A stretch of 64,000 nucleotides of DNA from an uncultured bacterium (GTDB lineage Bacteria; Acidobacteriota; UBA6911; RPQK01; JADFOI01). Every line of letters begins with the position of its first letter. The first letter of the stretch is position 1. A program made the translations under genes and the position numbers. Location of the stretch: NCBI GenBank assembly GCA_965369785.1, contig CBDUTA010000001.1:4779-68778 (forward strand), read 5' to 3'. Of this stretch, positions 1 to 9,759 are shown in pieces. Below the pieces are notes generated by a model that saw only the letters and a program-made list of their open reading frames with translations, was not told the DNA's origin and made no database searches.

Positions 1-185
1 CACCAGGTAGGGTGCCGATCATCCCCGGCGTTCGAGCCAACCACTACCCAGTTCGAACTCTCCTCCAAATAGAGCAAGGGGCTGGTTCGTGCCTTTCCTG
101 TCTTCCTGCCTTTGGTGGTCAATAGCAGCACCGGAGCACCGAAAAGTTGAAAGCCGACGCGTCCTCCTGATAATCGGTACACAAC
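1..185 (-). CDS. F420/deazaflavin-dependent nitroreductase family (Ddn/PPOX-like) protein, 5' part only (gene runs off the window start)
   Basis: My translation of the minus strand is open from about nt 212 to the window edge: ...FNFSVLRCCYLTTKGRKTGKARTSPLLYLEESSNWVVVGSNAGDDRHPTW. This matches the conserved core of Ddn-family proteins (LLTTTGRKSG.PR..PL.Y......vVvaS.gG...P.W). It has no in-frame ATG; a TTG near 185 or a GTG near 140 is a possible start. It is absent from the ORF track because it is partial. Confidence 0.4.
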
Positions 186-617
186 CCGGTGAATCCATGA
201 GAACAGTCGAATCAATAGACGGATCTTAAGCACGTTTCGTTTCACTGTACCTGAGATCCGATGGAGTTGAAAGTAGGAGCTGTCAGTGGCGAAAATGACA
301 ATGTAAAAAGCCCTGAAACTGTAGAGGCCAAGGAGAGGGACGAAAATACCTACGTGATGTATCTCCTCGTCTGGTCTAGGGTCTAAGTTCATCCGCCGCA
401 ATAAGTCGTGGAAGCGAGGGTCGTCGTGGAGGGGTGGAACAACACCCTAGATTCTTGGGCAAAACGCGCAGGCGGGTAAGACCTGTATTGCGACATCCAT
501 TATCTCGGAAGTAGTGACAGGCGAACTCACTGGCACACCAGGTGCTTGAAGAATCAATAAGGAGATCAATATGAAAAGACACCTTTTAGGCCCCACGGCG
601 GGCTAGGAGGATCGAGA

Positions 618-1532
618 ATGGCCAGAAAACATTTTCATGTGCTATGGGCGGTGGATGCGATCCAGGAGCATAAAGAGATTCAAATGAAGACAGCCCAGGT
701 GCTAAAGGCCCTCCTCAAGAACTTGGATGCGGAAGTGGAGCCTGTGACAGTTCTCAGCCCCGACCAAATCCTGGTACCGGCGGCTGCTTTCCGAAAGCAC
801 TCTGACGATCAGCGGCTGCAAGGGGAGAAGATCCTTGCAGGCTGGAGCCGGGAAGCGGGCTTTTCCCACACCCTGAAGCCCACCTTACTCGTGCAGCAAG
901 AGTTTTCGATAAGTCGTAGCACCGGATCCCTGCTGAGTTACGCCAAAGAGGTGGAGGCAAACCTTATCGCCCTGGGAACCCGCGCCAAGAAGGGGTTTAA
1001 GAGGGTGGTGATGGGCAGCTTTGCCGAAACCCTGGTTCTCCAGTCGGAGACACCCCTGTTCGTAGTAAACCCCGAAACCCGCCCCCTTACGGAGATCAGT
1101 GAGGTTTTGTTCCCCACAGATTTTAGCGATTCCTGCCGCGAGGCCTTTGACAGGCTCCTGCCCGTGGCAGCCGCCAAGGGTGCCAGAATCACCCTCTTCT
1201 ACAAACTGGAATACATCGTGCCCCAGACCCAGGATGTGATCGCCATGTACTCCCCATATCGGGAATACATGGAACAGGACGTAGAGCAGAAGCGGAAAAA
1301 AGCTGAAGAGTGGCAAGGCATTGCAGCGAAGGAAGGGGTTACAGTGGACATCGTGTTCAACAGGAAACCTGCTTATGTGGTTGACTCCCTGCTCGAAGCG
1401 GCCGAACAACTGAAAGACGGGATGATCGCCATGGCCTCCCAAAGAGGCCGGGGCGCGGTCTTGTTGGGGAGCATCACACGGGATCTGATCCGCCGGTCCC
1501 CGAACCCTGTGTGGGTCATCCACCCCAACTAG
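618..1532 (+). CDS. tandem-domain universal stress protein (UspA family)
   Basis: 304 aa with two USP-like halves (HVLWAVD... and VLFPTDFSD...GSITRDLIRRSPNPVWV). An AGGAGG Shine-Dalgarno sits 9 nt upstream of the ATG. Confidence 0.8.
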   Translation: MARKHFHVLWAVDAIQEHKEIQMKTAQVLKALLKNLDAEVEPVTVLSPDQILVPAAAFRKHSDDQRLQGEKILAGWSREAGFSHTLKPTLLVQQEFSISRSTGSLLSYAKEVEANLIALGTRAKKGFKRVVMGSFAETLVLQSETPLFVVNPETRPLTEISEVLFPTDFSDSCREAFDRLLPVAAAKGARITLFYKLEYIVPQTQDVIAMYSPYREYMEQDVEQKRKKAEEWQGIAAKEGVTVDIVFNRKPAYVVDSLLEAAEQLKDGMIAMASQRGRGAVLLGSITRDLIRRSPNPVWVIHPN

Positions 1533-1697
1533 GCTGGACGTAGCGGCTTCAATTCCCGTCTCGTTCAATACACTGGAGGGTATTAACCTTTGGCGTTTCC
1601 CCTGAATAGATATCCTGGGTTTCCAAGCCACCCTCTTCCAGCTGAGACAATTGACGAAACCTTGGTGGAGGGGCATGTTAAGTAAGGAGTTCCTCAT

Positions 1698-2708
1698 ATG
1701 AAAGCAATGGTCCTAACAAAGATTGTTTCTCTAGGTGAAGTGGATACACCCTTGGCATTGGTTAACTTACCAGTTCCACAACCGAGGCAACGGGAAGTTC
1801 TCGTGAAAGTTTTGGCCTGTGGGGTTTGTCACACAGAACTGGACGAGATCGAAGGAAGAACGGCTCCACCGAAGCTACCCGTGGTATTAGGACATGAAAT
1901 CATCGGAAGAGTCGAAAGTTTAGGCGGAGGCGTAACCAAGCTTAAGAAAGGAGATAGAGTTGGCGTTGGTTGGATTCACTCTTCTTCAGGTAAGCGGGAC
2001 GAAAACCTCAGTCCAGAGTTTAGAGCCACAGGGAGAGATGTCAATGGGGGTTATGCCGAATTCATGACAGTTCCTGAAGACTATGTCTACATCATTCCCA
2101 AAGTCTTCTCTGATGAACAGGCTGCACCACTTTTGTGTGCGGGAGCTGTAGGCTACCGAGCGCTTAAGTTAACCAATGTTCAGGATGGAGACCTCCTTGG
2201 ACTTACGGGCTTTGGCGGGTCAGCTCACTTGGTGTTGCAGTTGGCACGCCACATGTTTCCAAGTACGAAGGTCTATGTCTTCGCGAGAGACCCTGGGGCA
2301 AGAGAATTCGCCCTGGAGCTTGGAGCAGAATGGGCAGGGGATACGATTGATCGCTCACCCAAAAGGCTTCATGCAATTATTGATACCACCCCAGCCTGGA
2401 AACCTGTCGTTGAAGCACTCAACAACCTTCGGCCAGGAGGACGACTAGTCATTAACGCTATCCGAAAAGAGGACATCGATAAAGACTACTTATTGAACTT
2501 GAGCTATGACAAGCATCTCTGGTTGGAAAAAGAGATCAAGTCCGTTGCCAATGTCACGCACCAAGACATTGGCGAATTCTTGCCGCTTGCTGCTGAAATC
2601 CCCATCAATCCAGCCATAAAAACATACAAACTTGAAGAGGCAAATAGAGCTTTAGTCGAACTCAAACGGAACAGGATTAGAGGCGCCAAGGTCCTTGTGA
2701 TGGATTGA
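1698..2708 (+). CDS. zinc-dependent alcohol dehydrogenase (MDR superfamily)
   Basis: A CGVCHTELDE zinc-ligand motif near the N-terminus and a GxGxxG-type Rossmann region (LTGFGGSAHL). An AAGGAG Shine-Dalgarno is present. Confidence 0.85.
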   Translation: MKAMVLTKIVSLGEVDTPLALVNLPVPQPRQREVLVKVLACGVCHTELDEIEGRTAPPKLPVVLGHEIIGRVESLGGGVTKLKKGDRVGVGWIHSSSGKRDENLSPEFRATGRDVNGGYAEFMTVPEDYVYIIPKVFSDEQAAPLLCAGAVGYRALKLTNVQDGDLLGLTGFGGSAHLVLQLARHMFPSTKVYVFARDPGAREFALELGAEWAGDTIDRSPKRLHAIIDTTPAWKPVVEALNNLRPGGRLVINAIRKEDIDKDYLLNLSYDKHLWLEKEIKSVANVTHQDIGEFLPLAAEIPINPAIKTYKLEEANRALVELKRNRIRGAKVLVMD

Positions 2709-2716
2709 TGGTTTTT

Positions 2717-2750
2717 TGACATTTGCGTGGCGCAAAGTCAATTTTCAACT
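2717..2750 (+). terminator. rho-independent terminator after the adh-like gene
   Basis: TTGACATTTGCG-tgg-CGCAAAGTCAA inverted repeat directly after the stop, followed by TTTT. Confidence 0.5.
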
Positions 2751-3009
2751 GGAACTGTGTCCAGTTTTCGAGAAAAACTCATCGGGACAATTTCGTCCTA
2801 TAGACTCCAGTGGTCTCCGGCCGGACGCTTCGACTCAGAAACGAGAAAACTTACAGCAGGATATACCTTCAACCTATCTCTCGTTTAGTTGTCATCGTCT
2901 GGACCCCAAAAACTTCAGGAACCTATGACCTCTGTGGTTCAGGGTTGACCCGCAGCTCTGGATTTCCTTAAATGAGGTTGTCAACAGAAGCAACAAATAA
3001 GGTGTTCTA

Positions 3010-4038
3010 ATGTACGAATACGAAAATACATTGAGAGAGACGGCCCGGGCCCTGGTAGCCCCGAACAAGGGTATCTTGGCAGCCGACGAGAGCTTCGGCA
3101 CCATTGAAAAACGATTGGAGACGATCAATGTGGCTTCTACGGCGGACAGTCGTCGAGCCTATCGCGAAATCCTTTTCACCACTTCCGGGTCCAACGAGTT
3201 CATCAGTGGCGCCATTTTATTTGATGAGACGATCCGACAGACCACCTCGGAGGGCCAAGCCTTTGCCGATGTTCTCCTGAAACAGGGGATCATTCCAGGC
3301 ATCAAGGTAGACAAGGGCACCACACCCTTACCCTTCAGCCCTGGAGAGAAGATCACTGAAGGGTTGGACGGTCTCAGAGCCCGTTTGAAAGAATATCGGC
3401 AGCTGGGGGCCAGATTCGCCAAGTGGAGAGCGGTTCTTGCCATTGGAGAGGAGATTCCATCCCGCCACTGCATTCATTGCAACGGGCATGCTCTGGGCAG
3501 GTATGCTGCCCTCTGTCAGGAAGAAGACCTGGTTCCCATTGTGGAGCCCGAAGTTTTGATGGAAGGAGCTCATAGCATAGACCGTTGTGAAAAGGAGACC
3601 AGCAAGACCCTGGAAGCCGTCTTTGACGCCCTGGATGAAAGTGGCATACTCCTGGAAGGAATCCTATTGAAACCCAATATGGTTCTGCCTGGGAAAGACT
3701 GCACCATTCAGGCGCATCCAGAGGAAGTTGCGGAGGCCACTCTGCGATGTTTTCTCCGTCATGTTCCAGCGGCTGTTCCCGGCGTGGTCTTTCTCTCAGG
3801 CGGGCAGTCTGACGTACAGGCCACGAAGAATCTAAATGCCATGAATGCCATGGGCAAATTCCCATGGGAACTCAGCTTTTCCTTCGGCCGCGCCCTCCAG
3901 GCCCCGGTTCTCGAGGCCTGGCAGGGGAATAGCCGGAACATCGAAGCAGCCAAGAAGGCCTTCTACCACCGCGCCAGCTGCAATGGGGCTGCTCGCAGTG
4001 GAAGCTACAATGAAGCAGTGGAAAAGGAAGTGGCCTGA
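3010..4038 (+). CDS. fba: fructose-bisphosphate aldolase, class I (Schiff-base type)
   Basis: The GILAADES active-site region typical of class I FBA; 342 aa; an AAGGTG Shine-Dalgarno. Confidence 0.85.
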   Translation: MYEYENTLRETARALVAPNKGILAADESFGTIEKRLETINVASTADSRRAYREILFTTSGSNEFISGAILFDETIRQTTSEGQAFADVLLKQGIIPGIKVDKGTTPLPFSPGEKITEGLDGLRARLKEYRQLGARFAKWRAVLAIGEEIPSRHCIHCNGHALGRYAALCQEEDLVPIVEPEVLMEGAHSIDRCEKETSKTLEAVFDALDESGILLEGILLKPNMVLPGKDCTIQAHPEEVAEATLRCFLRHVPAAVPGVVFLSGGQSDVQATKNLNAMNAMGKFPWELSFSFGRALQAPVLEAWQGNSRNIEAAKKAFYHRASCNGAARSGSYNEAVEKEVA

Positions 4039-4104
4039 TTTGGGCCCTGAGGCTTGCGACCGCCGGCCTGAAGGCCCGGCCTCAGCCACCCGCGCACAAA
4101 GCTT

Positions 4105-4180
4105 CTAGCCCGCGTTTCTCACACCCAATCTACTGCGGCGGCGGATCTAGCTGCGATCAGGTGTGAGAAATGCGGGCTAG
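4105..4180. terminator. 21-bp perfect inverted repeat between convergent fba and pfk genes (bidirectional terminator candidate)
   Basis: CTAGCCCGCGTTTCTCACACC ...34 nt... GGTGTGAGAAATGCGGGCTAG. The right arm overlaps the pfk stop codon. Confidence 0.4.
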
Positions 4181-5349
4181 ACGTGGTCAAGGAGTATAGG
4201 GGCGCCTAGTTTATTGTCGTAGAGCGGCCGAAAGCGGGAGGTGTCGTAGAGCCTCTCCACGTTGACCCGACGAGGAGGAGATGAGGGATCGGGTAAGGTG
4301 GTATGGTGATAGCGGCCATCTCGGACCGAGACCATCTGACCTGTCATTCCCTTCCTGATTAGGTCCATGGCGTTGTTGGCAAAAGTCGTGGCAATGAGAC
4401 TGTCCAGTGAGTCGGGATCCCCGCTGCGTAGATCATAGGTGAGATCGGAGGTCATAGTCTCCTCTCCAGTTCGGCGTCGAATCTCCGCCGCCAAAGCATA
4501 ACCGATGTCCACCGTCTTGCGGTGACCGTAGGCATCAGCCTCGCCGACCTCTGCCTTCTGTTGTCCTCGCCAGGTGGCCCCCTCAGAAATTACGATCAGG
4601 GAGTAACGACTGGGGGCATTGTATTTGTCCTCGACCATCAAGCGACAGATCGTCTCCAGGTCGAAAGGGGATTCTGGTATCAGACAGCGGGTGGATGTAA
4701 CGTAGGCCGTATAAAGGGCCGTAAAGCCTGACTCGCGTCCGAATATCCGAAACACGGCGATGCGTTCATGCGAGCCCAGAGTCGTGCGTTGGCGGGTGAT
4801 CAACTCTTTAGCCCTGGTGATAGCAGTGGAAAAGCCAATACAGTATTCCGTGCCGGGTACGTCGTTGTCCATGGTCTTTGGAATGCCAATAACGGGAAAC
4901 CCCTCGCCACTCAGGTGCGCAGCATAGCCCAGGGTATCATCTCCTCCGATCACGATGAGGATCTCGATCCCCAGCTGCTCCAGATTTCGAATCACGATCG
5001 GCGTGAGATCATAGGCGTCTTCGCCAACCTGGAGGGGACGCAACTCTTCCGCGGAAAGATGCGCAGGCAGTTTGGATTTGCTCGTCATGGCGGGGTTGGT
5101 GCGGGAGGTATGGAGAACCGTACCTCCGGTTCGGTCAATGGTGCGAGTGTTCACTCGGTTTAGAGGCATGATGAACCCGGGGTCCTGGTGCTGAGAGAGG
5201 TTGACATCGGTGAGACCCTGCCAGCCTCTGCGAATTCCAATGACCTCGCGATCAAGATGTTTGGCCCCGTAGACCACCGACTTGATCACCGAATTTAAGC
5301 CGGGTACATCGCCGCCACCCGTTAGGATGCCAATACCGGACTTTTTCAT
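4177..5349 (-). CDS. pfk: 6-phosphofructokinase, probably pyrophosphate-dependent (PPi-PFK)
   Basis: GIGILTGGGDVPGLN and GGDDT (Asp instead of the ATP-PFK Gly) plus PKTMDND (Lys instead of Gly) point to a PPi-type enzyme. The start is moved to the internal ATG (MVNRIMKKSG), which has a GGTGA upstream; the ORF-track N-terminal extension looks spurious. Confidence 0.75.
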   Translation of the reverse strand: MKKSGIGILTGGGDVPGLNSVIKSVVYGAKHLDREVIGIRRGWQGLTDVNLSQHQDPGFIMPLNRVNTRTIDRTGGTVLHTSRTNPAMTSKSKLPAHLSAEELRPLQVGEDAYDLTPIVIRNLEQLGIEILIVIGGDDTLGYAAHLSGEGFPVIGIPKTMDNDVPGTEYCIGFSTAITRAKELITRQRTTLGSHERIAVFRIFGRESGFTALYTAYVTSTRCLIPESPFDLETICRLMVEDKYNAPSRYSLIVISEGATWRGQQKAEVGEADAYGHRKTVDIGYALAAEIRRRTGEETMTSDLTYDLRSGDPDSLDSLIATTFANNAMDLIRKGMTGQMVSVRDGRYHHTTLPDPSSPPRRVNVERLYDTSRFRPLYDNKLGAPILLDHV

Positions 5350-5982
5350 GATTCTGTTCACCATTATACAATGACAGCTGCCGCACTGGCCTGGCGGTCC
5401 AGGACGAACAGCGCCCCGAATGTGAGCAGCATCCTCATCCACAGCATAGATAAAAAGCCTATAGGCGATTAGGTTTAGTCAAGAAAGGAGCGTATTCACC
5501 CGTTAGTTTTACCCAGAATTCACCTGTTTTAGCCCCAAATGAACGATATGGTCGATTTCAGGAAGAGTTTGGAGTATACTGGTGCTTGGAGGGAACCAGT
5601 TGCGGCTTCTCTCTTCTCTCCTCCTCTGCAGTAGAAGAAGTCCGGACACGCCCCGTGTCGCTGGCTCCCCCCTTGTCTCAGGGTACGTTCACTGTCGGTA
5701 AGTGGTAAGTTGAATTTTTGCGAACTTGACCCCAAGCCCAATGTATTGACATCAACGTCAACCCTTGTGATTCACACTCGAATAAAAGCGATCTTGCATG
5801 CAAGCTAAGGCTGGGATGCAGGCGAGTCACAAAGTAACAGTTGAGTTAGTCCAGAAGCAAAAACTGACAAGCCTAGGAATCCTACCTTCTCGCGGTCCAA
5901 CAGGGCTCGCAGGCTTGTGACTCCCGGCGATCAAAATATTTGTGGAATATTTTCAGGATATGGGAGGCCCTTCAAAACCTGC

Positions 5983-6648
5983 TTACGACTGAGCAACCAA
6001 CTCCAGAAAACGGTCCACGTCGGTGAAGTCTTCTATTACATGTTTGGCACCGCAGTCCAGTAAGCGCTGCCGACCGCTGCCAATGCCCACGAACTGATGT
6101 TGCAAGTTGGTCGCTACCTGAAAATCCCATGGACCATCACCAACGAGAGTGACTGGAGTGTCTGAGGGCAAATGATATTGAGACTGAGCACGTTCAATGG
6201 ACATCCGGACAACTTCCTCCCGCTGAGAGGAATCGTCGGAGGTAGCTAGCGGCAAATGTTCGATAACGAGGCCAGCAGAGCGAGTTTTGAAGAGTACAGA
6301 TTCGCGCCATGCTCCTGAAGCGATTGCGCACTCGAAGTCCGGATGCTCACGAAGAACCGAAAGTATCTTTTTAGCTCCTGGGACTTCCCGACATGGAGTC
6401 TCAACCAAGTCTGACCGAAGAAGAGTAGTGACCCGATCATGAACCGATTGAACAGTCCCCCTCAGGCCATTTCTTTCGATTAGCTCTGCCGTAACTCCAG
6501 CGTCAGTCACAGTGCGATATGTGGTCCAATCGGTATTAACATTTTCGATACCGAGGACCTCTTCAACAGCCTGAGCGAAGAGTTCATCGTGAGATTCCGT
6601 CGTAAGCGTCAGCGTACCATCAACGTCGAAGACGACCAGTCGTTTCAT
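5983..6648 (-). CDS. HAD-superfamily hydrolase (subfamily IA, phosphatase/beta-phosphoglucomutase-like)
   Basis: An N-terminal VVFDVDGTL motif; 221 aa; an AAGGTAG Shine-Dalgarno. Confidence 0.75.
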   Translation of the reverse strand: MKRLVVFDVDGTLTLTTESHDELFAQAVEEVLGIENVNTDWTTYRTVTDAGVTAELIERNGLRGTVQSVHDRVTTLLRSDLVETPCREVPGAKKILSVLREHPDFECAIASGAWRESVLFKTRSAGLVIEHLPLATSDDSSQREEVVRMSIERAQSQYHLPSDTPVTLVGDGPWDFQVATNLQHQFVGIGSGRQRLLDCGAKHVIEDFTDVDRFLELVAQS

Positions 6649-6746
6649 TGGCTTCTACCTTGTAAAATTCGCCCTCTAGGGAGCCATGGCTGAACAGTCT
6701 TATAAACGTGGAATCATGTTGGGCTAGCTCATCTAGTGCATTACTT

Positions 6747-7330
6747 CTAGTCAGTGTTTTCATGTGACCCCCTAGACTGCTTCCGCACCTTGTCCCCAAC
6801 CTTCACAGTTCCAGCTTGAACAATCTTGGCGTATATCCCCCTAAGATTCAGTCTGCTTCCTTCTGGAGAATTAACAAACCTCCTCGCGTCTTCTCCAAAC
6901 CGCTTGGCAAACTTGCCACACTCAGTATGAGGCTTATCAGTAACCTCTAGGACAACTGAACCAATGGACAAGCGTTGACCGCACGGAACGTTCTCATCAC
7001 TGAGGCCCAAACTGAGGTCCAAATCAACGTAGAGGTTGTCCCCAGCAAGTGACCAGCGGCTTTCCTGCTGGACAATTAAGGCAATCACCCGTACGTTCAT
7101 TCGCGTGACCTGTGTGTCAGGGTGTGGGCGATTGGACCCTTTGCCCAATGGTCGCCCTCTAGTCCAAGCTCAGGGCTAAGGTGACATTGGGTTAGAGAAA
7201 TCTGCTGGTTCTCCTGTGGGCAAATACCAATGGCCTTCAGAATGCCCTGGTCTTTAGGTGACTGGCGAACCTCTGGCAGTCCCTCATCTAGCTCGTCCAA
7301 GAGGAGCGGTTCCAAGCCTTCAGTCTGCAT
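6747..7330 (-). pseudogene. MOSC-domain protein (YiiM-like) split by a frameshift
   Basis: The upstream 77-aa ORF carries ELGLEGD (the YiiM N-terminal motif). The downstream ORF carries DNLYVDLDLSLGLSDENV ... LEVTDKPHTECGKFAKRFG (the MOSC conserved-Cys region). The two overlap in different frames around 7097-7148, with the upstream TGA overlapping an ATG (ATGA). Confidence 0.55.
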
Positions 7331-7450
7331 GGCAAGTGGATGATATCACTGGAGAGACCGCGGAGATCCTCAGTTGATGCCGGTATCAAGCGCAATGCGT
7401 GTCTGTGGGAGGCCGAAAGAAAAGAGAAATCGGGTTTTGTCAGTTTCTTC

Positions 7451-7819
7451 TTAGGCTCTTCTCCAGTCCCGTAAGTTCAACCAAATGGAACCGCCGAATG
7501 CCGCTAAACCAAAGACCGCCACGACAAGATCCAGTACGAACGCACTCAAGTCCAGACCTGTCAACCGATCCGCATAGTATTTAACATAAGACATCGGTAA
7601 GTCCGTCTCCCCCAATTTGGTCTTCACCAGCCAATGCCAGTCGGTACAGGGACAGTACCCGAACCCGTACCAGATGCCCAGCCCGAACCATGAGCACATC
7701 GTCAGGCTGAGGACAAGCAGATGTGCTCTACGGGTTTCCTTCCAGATCCAACCAACCAGGGTAAAGACAACCAGGGACGAGTGGAATAGGAGGAAAAAGA
7801 TGTCCAGAAGCGCGTACAT
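7451..7819 (-). CDS. DUF2784-family small membrane protein
   Basis: The CPCTDWHW motif plus 3-4 hydrophobic helices. The start is set at the internal Met (MYALLDIFF). Confidence 0.55.
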   Translation of the reverse strand: MYALLDIFFLLFHSSLVVFTLVGWIWKETRRAHLLVLSLTMCSWFGLGIWYGFGYCPCTDWHWLVKTKLGETDLPMSYVKYYADRLTGLDLSAFVLDLVVAVFGLAAFGGSIWLNLRDWRRA

Positions 7820-8075
7820 CAACTCGTTCAGTGCCAGCGTGCTGTTTCGTCCCGACCCTTGAAAACGCTGCCGGGCCGAGATAGCCGTCATTCAGGAACA
7901 GGATCTGACCGAGTTAAGAAACGGGTCAGCGTCAACGCTAAACTGTGATGCCCACGATGTCGATCCTGTACTTCCGACGCAGAAGAGCCACTTCTTCTGA
8001 TTCCGCACGACGAGCAGCATCCCTCGGCGGTCATTTTTCCCGACTCCGTACTGCAGTCATCTTGAGGACATCAAA

Positions 8076-8723
8076 TCACCCTCGTCCGATGGGTTTCGAG
8101 TACTTCTTGAGTATTCCTGCTACGTCATCGTCGGAGACCTGACTAAAGTCCAGGAAGAATTCCCCGACGGCACGGAAGGTGGCAGGCGTTTCCAGACAGA
8201 CCACTTCATCGGCCTCCTGCTCCATCTGCGGCAAGGACTCAGGCGGAGCAACTGCCAGGGCCGCCACTACCTTTTTAGGGTGTTTCACCCGAACCGCGCG
8301 GAGAGCAGCGATCATGGTGGAGCCAGTGGCGATACCATTGTCCACAACAATGAGGATGCGCCCTGCTGGGTCGATAGGTGGATAAAGAGAGGTATACCTC
8401 TCACGTCGCCTTCGGAGCACCTCCAGTTGAACCTCTCTCTCCTTCTGGATGTAACTCTGGCCAATGCCTAGAGTTGTTACCGACTCTGACAGATACGTAC
8501 TTCCAGTTTCATCGATTGAACCGATAGCCAGTTCCGGTTGTCCTGGAGCTCTCAGTTTGTGAACCAGGACCACATCGAGTTCTCCTCGTAAGGCTTCGGC
8601 AATGATAGACGCCATGGGGACACCACCCCGTGGGATACCCAAGACAAGGGGATTCTTGCCTTTGTATGTTGACAGGCGCACGGACAGTAGATTCGCGGCT
8701 TGTTCACGGTTTTGATAAATCAT
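8076..8723 (-). CDS. phosphoribosyltransferase-domain protein (predicted PRTase, COG1926-like)
   Basis: The LGIPRGGVPMA...DVVLVHK...IVVDNGIATGSTM PRPP-binding loop. The start is moved to the Met (MIYQNREQ) that has a GAGGA Shine-Dalgarno. Confidence 0.7.
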   Translation of the reverse strand: MIYQNREQAANLLSVRLSTYKGKNPLVLGIPRGGVPMASIIAEALRGELDVVLVHKLRAPGQPELAIGSIDETGSTYLSESVTTLGIGQSYIQKEREVQLEVLRRRRERYTSLYPPIDPAGRILIVVDNGIATGSTMIAALRAVRVKHPKKVVAALAVAPPESLPQMEQEADEVVCLETPATFRAVGEFFLDFSQVSDDDVAGILKKYSKPIGRG

Positions 8724-9362
8724 GCCTCTATCCTCACGATCCTCACGGGCATTAGATCGAAGATTGTCTGCTTTCATTTTTTTCAAGGCTGGTCGGAAAC
8801 TCTTTAGTGGCAGGGTGTTCTGAACGTGCTTTTTCTCCAGCCAAGCCCGGCATTCCTTCTCCTTTCTAGTTCAAGGATCTCGTCTAAGGATTTCCTTGTG
8901 CTCTCTGATTCCAGGAAGGCGACGAACCTGTTGCAGGTTTCACGGATATAGCCAACGCTTCTTAACAAAGGCGCTTTAACCCGGAACATTCCTGAACCCT
9001 TTACGAAGGCTCGCGAGGGCCCACTGTTGAATTACTTTTTCGTCCATCTTCAAGACAGCGGACACCCAGAATAAGCTTCCGGGTTGAGACTCGTCGGACA
9101 GGAACCACTGGAGCGCATCTCGCTGCCACTTTTTTGACTCAAGATTCTTCTGGGATCGTGGCATTAAATCGAGGAAAGCCCGATTAAGAATTCCCAGAGC
9201 CAATCTGCTCACTGAGGCATCCGGTCGCTTTGCCGGTGGCCAGAGCCCTTCAGATGCTAGTTCTGACCTTCTCAAAGTGCGACTCCTTTCCGGCCAATCT
9301 CATCGAAGCAACCCACCGAAAACAATGGCTGCAGCTGGGCTTCTCCCTTGAAGAGGCCCCCA

Positions 9363-9596
9363 TCAAATACGGTCCTGAAGCCCCTTGATTCCCTCTTGGG
9401 CAGCACAGTAGACGCAGCAAAAAAGAGAACCTTCAGCCTCCACTCCGTGGCCCACAATCCTGCAGCCGCAATGCTGGCAGGTGGGAGCGAGAGCGTGGAT
9501 GGCGCATTCGAAGCTATCGAAAATGTGGGATTTTTCATTCATTCTGAGTTCAAAGCTCTTGTCGTACTCATTTCCACAAACCTCACATTGGGCCAT
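9363..9596 (-). CDS. small cysteine/histidine-rich TRASH/YHS-like metal-binding protein
   Basis: 77 aa from the ATG with an AAAGGAGAG Shine-Dalgarno. CEVCGNEY...FDSFECAIHA and CQHCGCRIVGHG...LFCCVYCAA fit the C-x2-C...(F)C-x-x-C TRASH pattern twice. Confidence 0.55.
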   Translation of the reverse strand: MAQCEVCGNEYDKSFELRMNEKSHIFDSFECAIHALAPTCQHCGCRIVGHGVEAEGSLFCCVYCAAQEGIKGLQDRI

Positions 9597-9759
9597 TTTC
9601 GTCTCTCCTTTCAAAACGACCAGATTAAATGCCCAAAACCTTAAAATGTCACCGCTCCCAGATGACTGTGACAGGCGACTTCAGGACGCAGTCACCGTCG
9701 AAAACTCAACTGGTGTCAGCCAGTTAGATCTGGTGCTAGCTGCCTTTTGAAAATTGCAG

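Noticed and set aside
376-582. A 68-aa minus-strand ORF in the first intergenic region
   Set aside because: No Shine-Dalgarno, a Cys/Arg-rich low-complexity translation, and a location within the likely divergent promoter region.
754-1697. Minus-strand ORFs of 68, 84 and 270 aa (754..960, 938..1192, 885..1697) overlapping the first USP gene
   Set aside because: They are antisense to a well-supported USP CDS with a Shine-Dalgarno. Their composition is Gly/Arg/Pro-rich as expected for the reverse frame of a GC-rich gene.
3159-4108. Multiple overlapping 60-160 aa ORFs on both strands inside the aldolase gene
   Set aside because: Alternative-frame and antisense artefacts of a confidently identified class I FBA CDS.
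8804-9275. Two adjacent short minus-strand ORFs (61 and 99 aa) that might be pieces of a decayed gene
   Set aside because: No recognisable family, no Shine-Dalgarno, and I could not join them into a convincing single frame. Left uncalled.
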